Notes: a model not told the origin generated them from the letters alone. DNA of 64,000 bases from Chthoniobacterales bacterium (GCA_038207335.1 JBBQZX010000002.1:128001-192000), one strand, 5' to 3'. Shown: positions 27,670 to 38,805, numbered from the stretch's first letter. A program made the numbers and translations.

Positions 27670-30567
27670 ATGGCCGAAATCCCAAAGACCTACGAGCCCA
27701 CCGCCATCGAGGAAAAGTGGTACGCGCAGTGGCTTGCCGACGGTGAGTTCACCGCCCATCCCAACTCGCAGAAGCCCGCGTATTCCATCGTCATCCCACC
27801 GCCGAATGTCACCGGCGTCCTCACGCTCGGCCACGTCCTGAACAACACGATCCAGGACATCCTCGCCCGCCGCGCGCGCATGCTCGGCAAGGAAGTGCTC
27901 TGGCTGCCCGGCACCGATCACGCGGGCATCGCCACGCAGACTGTCGTCGAGCGGACGCTCAAAAAAAGCGGCGCGATCCGGCACCGCGACGACCTCGGAC
28001 GCGATGCATTTTTGGAGAAAGTCTGGGAGTGGAAAGAGAAGCACGGCGGCATCATCATCCAGCAACTCAAGAAGCTCGGCTGCTCCTGCGACTGGTCGCG
28101 CGAGCGCTTCACGATGGACGCCGCCTACTCCGCGTGCGTGTCGCGCGTCTTCGTCGATCTTTACAAAAAGGGCCTCATCTACCGCGGCAAGCGCATGGTG
28201 AATTGGTGCCCTGCCTCGCTCACCGCACTGAGCGACGAAGAGGTCATCATGAAGCCGCAGAACGGCACGATGTATCACTTCAAAATCGCCGTCGCGGAGG
28301 AACCGCTCACCTTCCTCACCGTCGCCACCACGCGCCCCGAGACCATCCCCGGCGACACCGCGATCGCCGTGAATCCCAGCGACCCGCGATACGCGCGCTT
28401 CATCGGGAAGCACGCCATCCGCCCGCTGCCGCTGCACCTTTTCGGCGAGCAAAAACTCATCCCGATCATCGGCGACACAGCGGTCGATTTCGAGTTCGGT
28501 ACCGGCGTTTTGAAAGTCACGCCAGCGCACGACAAGGCCGACTTCGAGATCGGCCAGCGGCATCGCCTGCCGGTCATCGACGTGATGAATTCCAACGGCA
28601 CGATGAACGCGCACGCCGGAGAATCGCTCGCCGGGCTCGATCGCTTCGAGGCGCGGAAAGTCGCCGTGGAGCATCTCCGCGAGCTCGGCTTTTTGGTGAA
28701 AGAAGAGCCGTATCAAAACAACGTCGGCTATTCCGAGCGCGCCGACGTGCCCGTCGAGCCGCGCCTCAGCGAGCAGTGGTTTTTGAAATATCCCAGCGTC
28801 AAGCAAGCCCGCGCCGTCGTGGCCGATGGCACGATGAAATTTCATCCCGAGCGGTGGGCCAAGGTCTATGACCATTGGCTCGGCGGCATTCAGGACTGGT
28901 GCATCTCGCGGCAGCTTTGGTGGGGGCACCGCATCCCCGTGTGGTATCGGCGCGAGAAGCTGGACGCCGCCATCGAGGCATCCGTTGCGGATGAAATGCT
29001 CGAAACCGCGCTCGATGCCGGCGAAGCCGATCTCGCGATCCCGCGGCAGGAGTTAAGTGTGAAAATTCACGGGCCAGTTGTGCCGCTCGGGGTTCAGGAT
29101 GCGGGCGGCGAAAGCGTCGCGCAGACATCGACCGCCGACATTCATGTCGGTGTTGAGCCGCCGGAGGATGTGGAGAATTGGACCCAAGACCCCGACGTTC
29201 TTGACACTTGGTTCAGCTCGTGGCTCTGGCCTTTCGCCACGATGGGATGGCCCGAAAAGACGCAGACGCTCGCGAGATTCTACCCGACCACCGACCTCGT
29301 GACCGGGCCGGACATCATCTTCTTTTGGGTCGCGCGGATGATCATGGCCGGCTTCGAGTGGACTGGTGAGCCGCCGTTCAAGAACGTCTATTTCACCGGA
29401 ATCATCCGCGACAAACAGGGTCGCAAAATGTCGAAGTCACTCGGGAATTCGCCCGACCCGCTCGACCTCATCGCGGGCTTCGGAGCGGATGCGCTGCGCT
29501 TCGGTGTGATGAGGAGCGCTCCGCTCGGCGTGGATATTTTGTTCGATGAAAAGAACGTCGAGCTGGGCCGGAATTTCTGCACAAAGCTCTGGAACGCCAC
29601 GCGTTTCCGCCAGATGCACGGCGGCGAAACCGAGGCCGAGATCGACCCCGCGCTGCTCACATCCGACGACCGCTGGATTCTCCTCCGCCTCGACGGCGCG
29701 ATCCGCGAAGTCACTCTCGCGCTCGAAGAATACCGTTTCAGCGACGCCGCGAATGCCCTCTACCGCTTCTTCTGGGGCGAGTTCTGCGACTGGTACCTGG
29801 AGGCGGCCAAAGCCGCGCTGGGGAATTTGGGAAGTAAAGAGGACGCGTCCGAAAGCGCCGTCGAACTTCCTAAAATCCACGTGCTCAATCCCGCTTCCGC
29901 GAACACCCTCGCCGTCATCGACTTCACCCTCGCGCATACGCTGCGGCTCATGCACCCGTTCATGCCGTTCATCACCGAGGAGTTGTGGCACGCACTCGGA
30001 TTCCACGACGACATGCCCGCCGACCAGGGCGGACGCACCATCATGTTTGCGCACTGGCCCGCGCCGTTCGACGACGACTTCAAGATCCACTACGGCCTCA
30101 CGCCCGAAGCCGACGCAGCGGCTCTCGCAAAGCACGACACGGTCACGCTCGGCCGCGGCCTGCGTCGCGACTCGGGCATCGCCGCGAACAAACGCGTCCG
30201 CTTCGTCCTCAAGCCCGCCGCCGAACTCCCCGCGCACGACGCCGCCGTCCTGAAAATCCTGCTCCACGCCGAGACGCTCGACCTCGATCCCAACTACCTC
30301 CCGCCGCGCGCGACGCCCGTCGCGCTCGCCCCGCTAGGCGAACTCTTCCTCCCGCTGGAGGGCCTCATCGACGTCGAAGCCGAGCGCGAGCGGATCGGCA
30401 AAGAGATCGCCAAAGTCGAGCAGGAGCTCACGAAGGTGCGCGCAAAACTCGGCAGCGAAACATTCGTGAGCGGCGCGCCCGCGAAGGTCGTAGAAGAGCA
30501 TCGCAAGCGCGAAATCGACTGGCAGGAAAGGCTTTCCCAGCTCCAGCGCATCAGCGCAGACCTGTAG
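27670..30567 (+). CDS. valS: Valine--tRNA ligase
   Basis: PPNVTG, PGTDHAGIATQ, ATTRPET, DWCISRQLWWGHRIP, DVLDTWFSS, KMSKSLGN and C-terminal coiled coil. Confidence 0.97.
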   Translation: MAEIPKTYEPTAIEEKWYAQWLADGEFTAHPNSQKPAYSIVIPPPNVTGVLTLGHVLNNTIQDILARRARMLGKEVLWLPGTDHAGIATQTVVERTLKKSGAIRHRDDLGRDAFLEKVWEWKEKHGGIIIQQLKKLGCSCDWSRERFTMDAAYSACVSRVFVDLYKKGLIYRGKRMVNWCPASLTALSDEEVIMKPQNGTMYHFKIAVAEEPLTFLTVATTRPETIPGDTAIAVNPSDPRYARFIGKHAIRPLPLHLFGEQKLIPIIGDTAVDFEFGTGVLKVTPAHDKADFEIGQRHRLPVIDVMNSNGTMNAHAGESLAGLDRFEARKVAVEHLRELGFLVKEEPYQNNVGYSERADVPVEPRLSEQWFLKYPSVKQARAVVADGTMKFHPERWAKVYDHWLGGIQDWCISRQLWWGHRIPVWYRREKLDAAIEASVADEMLETALDAGEADLAIPRQELSVKIHGPVVPLGVQDAGGESVAQTSTADIHVGVEPPEDVENWTQDPDVLDTWFSSWLWPFATMGWPEKTQTLARFYPTTDLVTGPDIIFFWVARMIMAGFEWTGEPPFKNVYFTGIIRDKQGRKMSKSLGNSPDPLDLIAGFGADALRFGVMRSAPLGVDILFDEKNVELGRNFCTKLWNATRFRQMHGGETEAEIDPALLTSDDRWILLRLDGAIREVTLALEEYRFSDAANALYRFFWGEFCDWYLEAAKAALGNLGSKEDASESAVELPKIHVLNPASANTLAVIDFTLAHTLRLMHPFMPFITEELWHALGFHDDMPADQGGRTIMFAHWPAPFDDDFKIHYGLTPEADAAALAKHDTVTLGRGLRRDSGIAANKRVRFVLKPAAELPAHDAAVLKILLHAETLDLDPNYLPPRATPVALAPLGELFLPLEGLIDVEAERERIGKEIAKVEQELTKVRAKLGSETFVSGAPAKVVEEHRKREIDWQERLSQLQRISADL

Positions 30568-30585
30568 CCGGGATCGCCGATCCTT
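30564..30585 (+). repeat. Possible GTAG-type REP-like hairpin overlapping the valS stop codon
   Basis: GTAG followed by CCG GGATCG C CGATCC TT, a short palindrome. Confidence 0.35.
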
Positions 30586-30644
30586 GCAGCCCTGCGATCC
30601 ACACCCGTTTGACACCGCCCAGCCCAGCAGGATAGTCGCCGCCT

Positions 30645-31709
30645 GTGATCCGACCACTCTTCGCGCTGACCCTCAGCGCGCTGCTTTCTACTGCCGGAGC
30701 ACAGACGACCACCCCGCCGCCTCCCGTACGCTCCACCGTCTATTTCGCGCAAAACCCGGACGCGATTTCGCGCTATGAAGAGCGCCCGGAAATCACTCGC
30801 CGCATGGTCGATGACCTCGTCATCGCAACGACCGGCCAGCGCGACATCGCAGCCGCCTGGCGCTCGCTCGTGAGCCCGAAAGATCAAGTCGGCATCAAGG
30901 TTTCCGCGTCCGGCGGCCTCTATTTTTCCACTCACCGAGGCATCGCCGAGGCGGTCGTCGCCGGCCTCGAAAAAGCCGGCGTTTCACGCTCCCAAATCAT
31001 CGTCTGGGATCGCGATGCCGAGTCGCTGCAAGAGGCCGGCTTCCACACCACGCGCGGAGGCGTCGCGGTGCGCGGAATCACTCCCGCATCCGGCTACGAT
31101 CGCGCGGCGGAAGTGATCGCGCCGGTGCTTGGGCGCTTGATCTGGGGCGACCTCCTCTTTTCAGAAAAGCAGATCAAGCCGCTTGGCCAACGTCTGTCCG
31201 AATCCTCGCAACTAAGCTCCACAAGCCACATCGCCACCATCCTCAGCCGCGGCGTCACGAAAGTGGTCAACCTCCCCATCCTCAGCAACGAACCCGGCTG
31301 TGGAGTCGCCGGCGCGATCTACAACATGACCGTGCCAAATCTCGACAACTGGCGCCGCTTCACCTCGCCCGGCGACGCCTCCGCCAGCGATGCGCTCGGC
31401 GACATCTATGCCGACCCGCGCATCGGCGGAAAAATTGTCCTCACGATCATGGACGGCCTCATCGCCCAATACGCCGGCGGTCCGTCCGGCAATCCGAATT
31501 ACGCCTTCGCGCACGAGACAATTTACGCGAGCAAAGACCCCATCGCGCTCGATGCCACGGCCCTCCGCAGCCTCGAGGCGTGGCGGCGCGAAGCTCATCT
31601 GCCGCCGATCGGCCGACGGGCCGATTGGCTCCCAGCCGCCGCCGATTCCGGGCTTGGGCGCTTCGCTGAAAATCAGATCGATTTGAAACCCGTGGGTTCC
31701 GCTCGATGA
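30645..31709 (+). CDS. Secreted DUF362-domain protein
   Basis: Signal peptide; AAWRSLVSPKDQVGIKV, IIVWDR, VNLPIL...GVAGAIYNM, DGLIAQYAGGP, SKDPIALDA. Confidence 0.75.
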   Translation: MIRPLFALTLSALLSTAGAQTTTPPPPVRSTVYFAQNPDAISRYEERPEITRRMVDDLVIATTGQRDIAAAWRSLVSPKDQVGIKVSASGGLYFSTHRGIAEAVVAGLEKAGVSRSQIIVWDRDAESLQEAGFHTTRGGVAVRGITPASGYDRAAEVIAPVLGRLIWGDLLFSEKQIKPLGQRLSESSQLSSTSHIATILSRGVTKVVNLPILSNEPGCGVAGAIYNMTVPNLDNWRRFTSPGDASASDALGDIYADPRIGGKIVLTIMDGLIAQYAGGPSGNPNYAFAHETIYASKDPIALDATALRSLEAWRREAHLPPIGRRADWLPAAADSGLGRFAENQIDLKPVGSAR

Positions 31710-32674
31710 CGACCGCCGACCTCGCCGGGCCGCTTCTCGCATCGGTCTCGCGCTCCTTCTATCTCACAATCCGCATCCTGCCCGCCGCGCTGCGCGCACC
31801 CATCGGATTGGCTTACTTGCTCGCTCGCGCGTCTGACACCATCGCCGACACCGCCGATGCGAGCGCCGAAATCCGGCTGCGGCACCTCGCAAACTTCGGC
31901 GAAATGATCGCCACCTCCAGCCGCGAAGATCTCACGGATTTGCAACGCGAAATCTGTCCCGCCGATGCAGGGGAAATGGAGCTGATCGCAAAACTAGACC
32001 GCTGCCTCGCGTGGCTCGATTCACTCCCAGCGAGCGACCGCATCCAGATTGCCGCCGTGATGAAAAAGATCATCCATGGCCAGACGCTCGATCTGCAGCG
32101 CTTCCCCGCTTCGGATAAAATAACCGCACTCAAATCCGCCGCGGAGCTCGATCAATACACGTATCTCGTCGCCGGTTGTGTGGGCGAATTTTGGACGCGC
32201 ATCTGCCTCCAGCACCTCCCGAGATACTCTCATCTTCCGCCCGAAGAACTCTGCCGACTCGGCACTAATTTCGGCAAAGGACTCCAGCTCGTGAACATCA
32301 TCCGCGACCTCCCCGCCGACCTCCGGGCGGGCCGCTGCTACCTCCCATCGGATCAATTTTCCACCCGTTGCCCGACCCCGGACGACCTTGTGTCCGAGCC
32401 AATCTCCGCGCGTCCCGTCGTGGATCACTGGCTCGCGCAAGCCAGCGCACATCTCGCCGACGGACGCCTCTACATCGCCTCCCTCCGCTCGGCCCGTCTC
32501 CGCGCTGGCTGTTTTCTGCCGTGGTATCTCGGCCTTAAAACCATCGCGCTCATGCGCGCTCACCCGCCGCTCGAGTCCGCGCAGAGAATCAAGGTTCCCC
32601 GATCCACCGTCCGCACCGCGCTCGCGCTCGCGCTCCCTGTCGCATTCACGAACCGCGCGTTGCCCGCCGCTTAA
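31706..32674 (+). CDS. Squalene/phytoene synthase family protein
   Basis: VSRSFYLTI, YLLARASDTIAD, YTYLVAGCVGEFW, GKGLQLVNIIRD...GRCYLP; ATGA overlap with the upstream gene. Confidence 0.9.
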   Translation: MTTADLAGPLLASVSRSFYLTIRILPAALRAPIGLAYLLARASDTIADTADASAEIRLRHLANFGEMIATSSREDLTDLQREICPADAGEMELIAKLDRCLAWLDSLPASDRIQIAAVMKKIIHGQTLDLQRFPASDKITALKSAAELDQYTYLVAGCVGEFWTRICLQHLPRYSHLPPEELCRLGTNFGKGLQLVNIIRDLPADLRAGRCYLPSDQFSTRCPTPDDLVSEPISARPVVDHWLAQASAHLADGRLYIASLRSARLRAGCFLPWYLGLKTIALMRAHPPLESAQRIKVPRSTVRTALALALPVAFTNRALPAA

Positions 32675-32686
32675 CTTCTCGCGACT

Positions 32687-34486
32687 TTATCGACCAGACG
32701 CCGCGGTATCGGCGAGATAGGCTCGCCAGCCACCGTGCTCGGTGATGTCGATTCCGCCGTCGAGAGCGCAGGGCTCGCAGGCAAAACCTTTTGCAGTCGA
32801 ACCGTCGGCGAGTTCGACGGTGCCAATGGTCATCGGTGCGGGGACTTCGGCCACGAATGAACCGAAAGCAGCTTCGCTCAATGCCCACACCTCGACTTCG
32901 ATTCCGCGGGCTTGTGGGTCGGTGGTGCGGACAAGTCCGGGCTTCGGCGGCGTGGTATTTGCGAGCGCGTAGAGACGATACGTTGGCGCTGTTTGCGTTG
33001 CTTTCACAAACCGCGCACCGCGACTTGTGAGCTGGTGATTGAGCGGCATTCCGCTCAAGTGCGCGCCGACGACAGTGAGAAAAATATCGCGCGCAACAGG
33101 CGCGAAGACCTCCGGTTGATCGGCCATTTTCGCGCTCGTCACGCCGAGATTTCCGCCGCCCGCCCGATGAAGCCGATCACCGAGCGCGAGAAGTGCGCGA
33201 TCGGAGAATGCGGGTGCCATAAGCGTGACTCCGAATGGCAGGCCATCTCCGCGAAAGCCCCCCGGCACAGCGATGGCGGCAAGATCGAGCAAGTTCACAA
33301 AGTTTGTGTAAAAGCCGAGATTGGAGTTCAGCCGGATGGGGTCGGCCTGGACTTCAGCGATCGTGTAGGTGGTGCCGGCGGTCGGCAGCAGGAGCACGTC
33401 CATCCTCCCCCACTCCGCCCGCGCGGCGGCGGTGAGCGCCTGCAATTTGTAGGCGGCATCGAACGCATCCCGCGCGCTGTATTTGTCCGCTCCGCCGATG
33501 ACCGCGCGCACGGTCGGGTCCATCGCCTCCCCTTTCCGATCGAGAAAATCGCCGAGCGCGTGGCGCCGCTCTGCGACCCACGGCCCTGCGTACAGCAATG
33601 CCGCCGTCTCGCGAAAGGGCGCAAAGTCGATTTCCACGCGCTCGCATCCGAGCGCGGTCAGACGGGTTGCCGATTGCTCGAAAAGTCGCGCGGCATCGGC
33701 ATCACCAAAGAACTCGAGTTGGTCCGCCTTGGGCACGCCGAATCGCGGGCGCTCAGTCAGAACCCGATCGGTTAGCACGCGTGAGAATGCGTCTTCGGAA
33801 TCAGTGCCAGCAGCCGCATCGAACACCACACGCGCATCGGCGCTGCTGATCGCGAAAATCGAGACGCAGTCGAGCGAGCGGCATGCGGGGAAAACACCGC
33901 GCGTGCTGAGCACGCCTTTGCTCGGTTTGAGGCCGACGATGTTATTGAACGCCGCCGGCACGCGACCTGAACCCGCGGTGTCCGTGCCCAGCGAAAACGC
34001 AACCATTCCCGATGCCACGGCGACCGCGGAGCCGGAGCTCGATCCGCCGGAGATGTAGCGTGGATCGAAGACGGACGAGCATGCGCCATGCGGCGTCCGC
34101 GTCCCTACGAGGCCCGTTGCGAACTGATCCATATTAGTTTTTCCAATCGGAATCGCGCCCGCCGCCATGAGACGCTCGACCACGGTCGCCGAGCGTTCCG
34201 GCGTGAACGCAAACTCCGGACACGCCGCCGTGGTCGGCACGCCTGCGAGGTCAATGTTGTCCTTAATCGCAAACGGCACGCCGAACAGCGGAAGCTTTTC
34301 GATGTCTGAAGGCGTGAGCTTTTCCACGAAAGTCATCACCTCTTCCCGGCTCAACAGCGTGATCCAAACATGCGGTTGCGCGGCGCGCCGCAGCGCTTCA
34401 TCGATCACGTCCGAAACGGTCACAACGCCTTCGCGATACAGCTTTCGAAGCGTCGGAATGGTGAAATAAAGTTCGGAGAGATTCAT
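32687..34486 (-). CDS. atzF: Allophanate hydrolase
   Basis: Amidase signature KDNID, GKTNMDQFATGLVGTR, GGSSSGS, GTDTAGSGRVPA; C-terminal VVGAHLSGMPLN domain. Confidence 0.95.
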   Translation of the reverse strand: MNLSELYFTIPTLRKLYREGVVTVSDVIDEALRRAAQPHVWITLLSREEVMTFVEKLTPSDIEKLPLFGVPFAIKDNIDLAGVPTTAACPEFAFTPERSATVVERLMAAGAIPIGKTNMDQFATGLVGTRTPHGACSSVFDPRYISGGSSSGSAVAVASGMVAFSLGTDTAGSGRVPAAFNNIVGLKPSKGVLSTRGVFPACRSLDCVSIFAISSADARVVFDAAAGTDSEDAFSRVLTDRVLTERPRFGVPKADQLEFFGDADAARLFEQSATRLTALGCERVEIDFAPFRETAALLYAGPWVAERRHALGDFLDRKGEAMDPTVRAVIGGADKYSARDAFDAAYKLQALTAAARAEWGRMDVLLLPTAGTTYTIAEVQADPIRLNSNLGFYTNFVNLLDLAAIAVPGGFRGDGLPFGVTLMAPAFSDRALLALGDRLHRAGGGNLGVTSAKMADQPEVFAPVARDIFLTVVGAHLSGMPLNHQLTSRGARFVKATQTAPTYRLYALANTTPPKPGLVRTTDPQARGIEVEVWALSEAAFGSFVAEVPAPMTIGTVELADGSTAKGFACEPCALDGGIDITEHGGWRAYLADTAASGR

Positions 34487-34525
34487 AATTTCACGCGGCA
34501 GCGACTTTGAGCGAGCGCTCCCATT

Positions 34526-37500
34526 TCATTCCTCGACGAGAACGAGCAGCGCCTGTCCCGGATCGACCGTGCGGCCTTGCGCGCAGAGCAGCCGCTGCAC
34601 TTTCCCACGAGCGGGTGCGACGATCGCGGTCTCCATTTTCATCGACTCTAAAATCACCAGCTTGTCTCCTTCCTCCACCGCATCGCCCTCGCTCACGAAC
34701 ACCTGCCAGACGCTGCCCGGCAGTGGCGCGGAGACGACGCGGCCCCCCGGCGGCAGCTCGATTTCCGGGCGTGCAATTTCAGGCTCCGGATCTGCCTCCA
34801 CAAGGTCCTGCCCCGCTGCCGCCCATCGGTCGCGCTCGGCGGAAAAGGCGGCTCGTTGCGTTTGCCGAAAGGCCCCGATCGAGTCGGCGTTCTCAGCGAG
34901 GAAAGCCTGATATTCCGAGAGTCGAAATGTCGTCTCCTCGACCCGCACCTCGAAGCGGCCGTTCAGGAAATCGGCGCGATGCCGCAACAGCTCCTCCGCG
35001 CTCACGGGATAAAATCGAACCTGATCGAAGAACCGCAGCAACCACGGTTTTCCCGCCTCGAAATTCCGAGTACACCGCCATGGATTCCAGCACTGCACGG
35101 TGCGCCCGACGAACTGATAACCGCCCGGCCCCTCCATCCCGTAAATGCACATGTAAGCTCCGCCGATGCCGACCGCATTTTCCGGCGTCCAAGTGCGCGC
35201 CGGGTTGTATTTCGTGGTTACGAGCCGGTGCCGCGGATCGAGCGGTGTGGCGACCGGCGCCCCGAGATAAACATCGCCGAGCCCGAGCACGAGATAGCTT
35301 GCGTCAAAGACAATGCGCTTCACTTCCTCGATATCCGAAAGCCCGTTGATGCGGCGGATGAATTCCAAATTACTCGGGCACCACGGCGCGTCCGAACGCA
35401 CGGATTGCATGTATTTTTGGATCGCTAGCTGAGTCGCCGGGTCGTCCCACGAAAGCGGCAGATGAACGATGCGCGATGGAACTTCGGTCGCGTCGAGCGG
35501 CGGGAGTTGCGTTTCGGCCTGCTGCAGTTTTGCCAAAAGATCGCGCAGCGGAAGCACCCGCGCGTCGTAGTGAATTTGCAGCGATCGAATGCCAGGCGTG
35601 AGGTCGAGGATCCCGCGCAGATGATTCGCCTCGAGCCATTGCATCAGTGCGTGAACGCGAAAACGGAGGGCCAGATCGAGGACGAGTTCGCCGTATTCGA
35701 CGAGCAGATTTCGGTCTCCCGCGCGGCGATACGTGACCGGCACGCCGGCATCGGATGACTCTCGCAAAGGCGCAAAGGCGCAGAGATTGGGAGCAGAAAG
35801 CGGCTCGGGATCGGCGCTCATTGGGTCGTTCTCCGGCCTCGCGTTTATGCGGACCGAAGTCCGAATCTCTTGATCCTGAGCGGCTTCACGAGCGTTCGCA
35901 TCGTCGAGCGCGATGCGGATGAAACGGACGGTGTCGCCCGGCTTGAGCTGTCCCATTTTCCACAGCTCGCTCTGCACGATGCACGCCGGGCAGACGAATC
36001 CGCCGAGGCTCGGGCCGTCGGGGCCGAGGATGATTGGCATGTCGCCGGTGAAATCAACGGCGCCGATTGCGTACGCATTGTCATGGATGTTCGACGGATG
36101 CAGTCCCGCCTCGCCGCCATCGGTTCGCGCCCATTTCGGCTTCGGGCCGATCAATCGGACACCGGTGCGGTTCGAGTTGTAATGCACTTTCCAAGGCGTC
36201 GCGAAGAACATCGCGATGTCGGCGTCCGTGAAAAAATCCGGCGCACCGTGCGGCCCGTAGAGCACGCCGATTTCCCACTCATTCGTGTAGCTCGGGACGA
36301 GCGCCGTCGGAAGCGGAGCGGTAAAATCTGAGCGCTCAAGAATTCCCGACTCCACAGCGGCGAGATGCAAAACATCGCCGATCCGCAACGCGCGCCCGCC
36401 GTGACCGCCAAACTTCCCGAGCGTGAAAGTCGAGCGGCTGCCAAGGTATGCGGGCGTCTGAAATCCGCCCGTCACTGCAAGGTGCGCGCGCGCGCCCGGC
36501 CCGCTCACCGCGCGCATGCACAGCACATCGCCCGCGGCGACCCGATGCGCCGTCCAGCGCGCGAGCGGAATGCCATTCAGCTCGGCGGCAAAGTCCGCGC
36601 CGCACAACGCGATATGAGTCGGTACGTTGAAGCGCAGCGTGGGGCCGGTCATCACGATCTCGAGCGCCGCCGCGGATTCGGGATTGCCGATGATGCTGTT
36701 CGCGAGGCGGTGCGCAAGATGATCCATCGGACCCGAGGGCGGCACGCCGACCGCCCAAAATCCGATGCGCCCCGGGAAATCCTGCACAGTCGTTTGCGCG
36801 CCCGATTCAAGCACATCGACTGTGCGCGGCGCGTATGCGAAATCGGCCAGAAATCGCGTGGTGACTTGGCCCGCAGCAAATTGCGGCGTCGCGATGACTT
36901 CGCCCAAGTAGGCGAGATTGCACTCGATCCCCCCAAACACAGCAGCCGAAAGCGCGGCCTGCAAACGCGTGACTGCCTCCTCGCGACTCGGCGAGTGAAC
37001 GATGATCTTCGCGAGCATCGGATCGTAAAATTGCGTCACCTCAGTGCCGCTTTCAACCCACGTTTCGCACCGCGCGTTTTCGGGCAAAACAACCTCGGTA
37101 AGTGTTCCGCAGCTCGGCTGAAAATTTTTGTGAGGATCCTCTGCATAAACGCGGACTTGGATCGAATGGCCGCGCGGCGCGTGCGTGTAAGTGTCGAGGA
37201 AAGTGTCGTCGCCCGCCGCGAGCCGGACCATCCATTCGACAAGATCGACGCCGGTCACTTCCTCCGTCACGCCATGCTCGACCTGCAAACGCGTGTTCAC
37301 TTCGAGAAAATAAAACTCGCCGCTTTCCGCATCGAAAACGAACTCGACGGTGCCCGCGGAGCGATAGTTCACGGCCCGTCCCAGCTTCACCGCAGCGGCA
37401 AAAAGCTGAGCGCGCTGAGCGTCCGAAAGGCCCGGCGCAGGTGTCTCTTCGATCACCTTTTGATTCCGCCGCTGCGTCGAGCAATCCCGCTCCCCCAGCG

Positions 37501-38164
37501 CCACAACTCGCCCTTTTCCATCGCCGAAAATCTGCACCTCGATGTGCCGCGCACGTGCCACGAACTTCTCCAAAAATATGCCGGACTCCTTGAAGTTGCT
37601 GCGGCTCAACCGCTCCACCGAGGCGAACGCCTCCGCGAGTTCATTGCGATTTTCACACACGCGCATCCCGATGCCGCCGCCGCCCGCTGTGCTCTTCAGC
37701 ATCACGGGAAAGCCGATTCTCTCGGCCTCTACCATTGCGATCTCTGCGGTCGCGAGAAGGCCACTTCCGGGCAAAAGTGGCACTTCATTTTGCTCAGCAA
37801 TTTCCCGAGCGGTATGCTTCAAGCCAAAGCGCCGCATCTGCTCCGGCGTCGGCCCGATGAACTGGAAACCCGCTTGCTCACAGGCTTCCGCGAACTCCGC
37901 ATTTTCGCTCAAAAAGCCATATCCCGGGTGAATCGCCTGCGCGCCAGTCCGCCGCGCAGCGTCCAAAATCTTCTCCATGCGCAGATAGCTCTCACTCACA
38001 GGCGGCGGCCCGAGCAGCACACTTTCATCAGCATCGCGCACATGCAGCGAGTCGGCGTCCGCCTCGGAAAACACCGCCACCGCCCGGACTCCAAGCCGAT
38101 GCAGCGTGCGTGTGATGCGGCGCGAAATCACCCCGCGATTGGCAATGAGAACTTTGTCGAGCAT
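34526..38164 (-). CDS. uca: Urea/guanidine carboxylase (biotin-dependent), guanidine-type active site
   Basis: [27 protein letters not shown], carboxyltransferase [28 protein letters not shown] and [11 protein letters not shown], biotinyl ESMKME. Confidence 0.95.
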   Translation of the reverse strand: MLDKVLIANRGVISRRITRTLHRLGVRAVAVFSEADADSLHVRDADESVLLGPPPVSESYLRMEKILDAARRTGAQAIHPGYGFLSENAEFAEACEQAGFQFIGPTPEQMRRFGLKHTAREIAEQNEVPLLPGSGLLATAEIAMVEAERIGFPVMLKSTAGGGGIGMRVCENRNELAEAFASVERLSRSNFKESGIFLEKFVARARHIEVQIFGDGKGRVVALGERDCSTQRRNQKVIEETPAPGLSDAQRAQLFAAAVKLGRAVNYRSAGTVEFVFDAESGEFYFLEVNTRLQVEHGVTEEVTGVDLVEWMVRLAAGDDTFLDTYTHAPRGHSIQVRVYAEDPHKNFQPSCGTLTEVVLPENARCETWVESGTEVTQFYDPMLAKIIVHSPSREEAVTRLQAALSAAVFGGIECNLAYLGEVIATPQFAAGQVTTRFLADFAYAPRTVDVLESGAQTTVQDFPGRIGFWAVGVPPSGPMDHLAHRLANSIIGNPESAAALEIVMTGPTLRFNVPTHIALCGADFAAELNGIPLARWTAHRVAAGDVLCMRAVSGPGARAHLAVTGGFQTPAYLGSRSTFTLGKFGGHGGRALRIGDVLHLAAVESGILERSDFTAPLPTALVPSYTNEWEIGVLYGPHGAPDFFTDADIAMFFATPWKVHYNSNRTGVRLIGPKPKWARTDGGEAGLHPSNIHDNAYAIGAVDFTGDMPIILGPDGPSLGGFVCPACIVQSELWKMGQLKPGDTVRFIRIALDDANAREAAQDQEIRTSVRINARPENDPMSADPEPLSAPNLCAFAPLRESSDAGVPVTYRRAGDRNLLVEYGELVLDLALRFRVHALMQWLEANHLRGILDLTPGIRSLQIHYDARVLPLRDLLAKLQQAETQLPPLDATEVPSRIVHLPLSWDDPATQLAIQKYMQSVRSDAPWCPSNLEFIRRINGLSDIEEVKRIVFDASYLVLGLGDVYLGAPVATPLDPRHRLVTTKYNPARTWTPENAVGIGGAYMCIYGMEGPGGYQFVGRTVQCWNPWRCTRNFEAGKPWLLRFFDQVRFYPVSAEELLRHRADFLNGRFEVRVEETTFRLSEYQAFLAENADSIGAFRQTQRAAFSAERDRWAAAGQDLVEADPEPEIARPEIELPPGGRVVSAPLPGSVWQVFVSEGDAVEEGDKLVILESMKMETAIVAPARGKVQRLLCAQGRTVDPGQALLVLVEE

Positions 38165-38805
38165 CAGTCCCAGATGAGCAGGCGCACGGGTGTCGGGTTA
38201 TAGCCGTTGCACGGGTTGTTGAGCTGCGGGCAGTTCGAGATGACTGCGAGCACGTCCGTCTCGGCGCGCATCTCGACATAACGGCCGGGAGCGGAGATGC
38301 CGTCGGCGAAAGTCAGACCGCCGTCAGGAGTCACCGGCACATTCATGAAAAAGTTGATGTTATTTGTGATGTCCCGCTTTTCCCACTCCGCGCCGCGCAG
38401 GCGCAGCGCGCGCCAGAAACTGTCGCGGCAGGCGTGCATGTGCCGCTTCTCCAGCGCATAGCGCACCATGTTGCTCTCGCACGCGCACGCTCCGCCCAGC
38501 GTGTCGTGGCGTCCGCAGGTGTCGGCGATGATCGTCAGCAGTGCATTCCCGCGCGTGGAAAAAAGGCGCGTGCCAGTGGTGAGGTAGATGTTCTCCTGTT
38601 CACGGATCGTGTCCTGCGCGCTGTAGCGGTCGGCTGGGTCGTGCAGGTCGTAAAAGAGAGTGTCAGCGGCTTGATTTCCCTCCAGGTCGACGATGCGAAA
38701 CGTCTGACCGCGCAGGATTTCGTTCGACCAGCCTTCTCCCGCCGGGAGCGTAAAGTCATAACTCGCTTGCTCAGCTTCAAGCGTGCTTTCGGTCAGTGTG
38801 TTCAT
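38164..38805 (-). CDS. cgdB: Urea carboxylase-associated DUF1989 protein, carboxyguanidine deiminase subunit B
   Basis: [57 protein letters not shown]. Confidence 0.88.
   Translation of the reverse strand: MNTLTESTLEAEQASYDFTLPAGEGWSNEILRGQTFRIVDLEGNQAADTLFYDLHDPADRYSAQDTIREQENIYLTTGTRLFSTRGNALLTIIADTCGRHDTLGGACACESNMVRYALEKRHMHACRDSFWRALRLRGAEWEKRDITNNINFFMNVPVTPDGGLTFADGISAPGRYVEMRAETDVLAVISNCPQLNNPCNGYNPTPVRLLIWD

Noticed and set aside
27553..28929. N-terminal ~460 aa of the 755-aa minus-strand ORF 26662..28929
   Set aside because: An antisense shadow of valS. Only the part from ATG 27552 has TrhO motifs.
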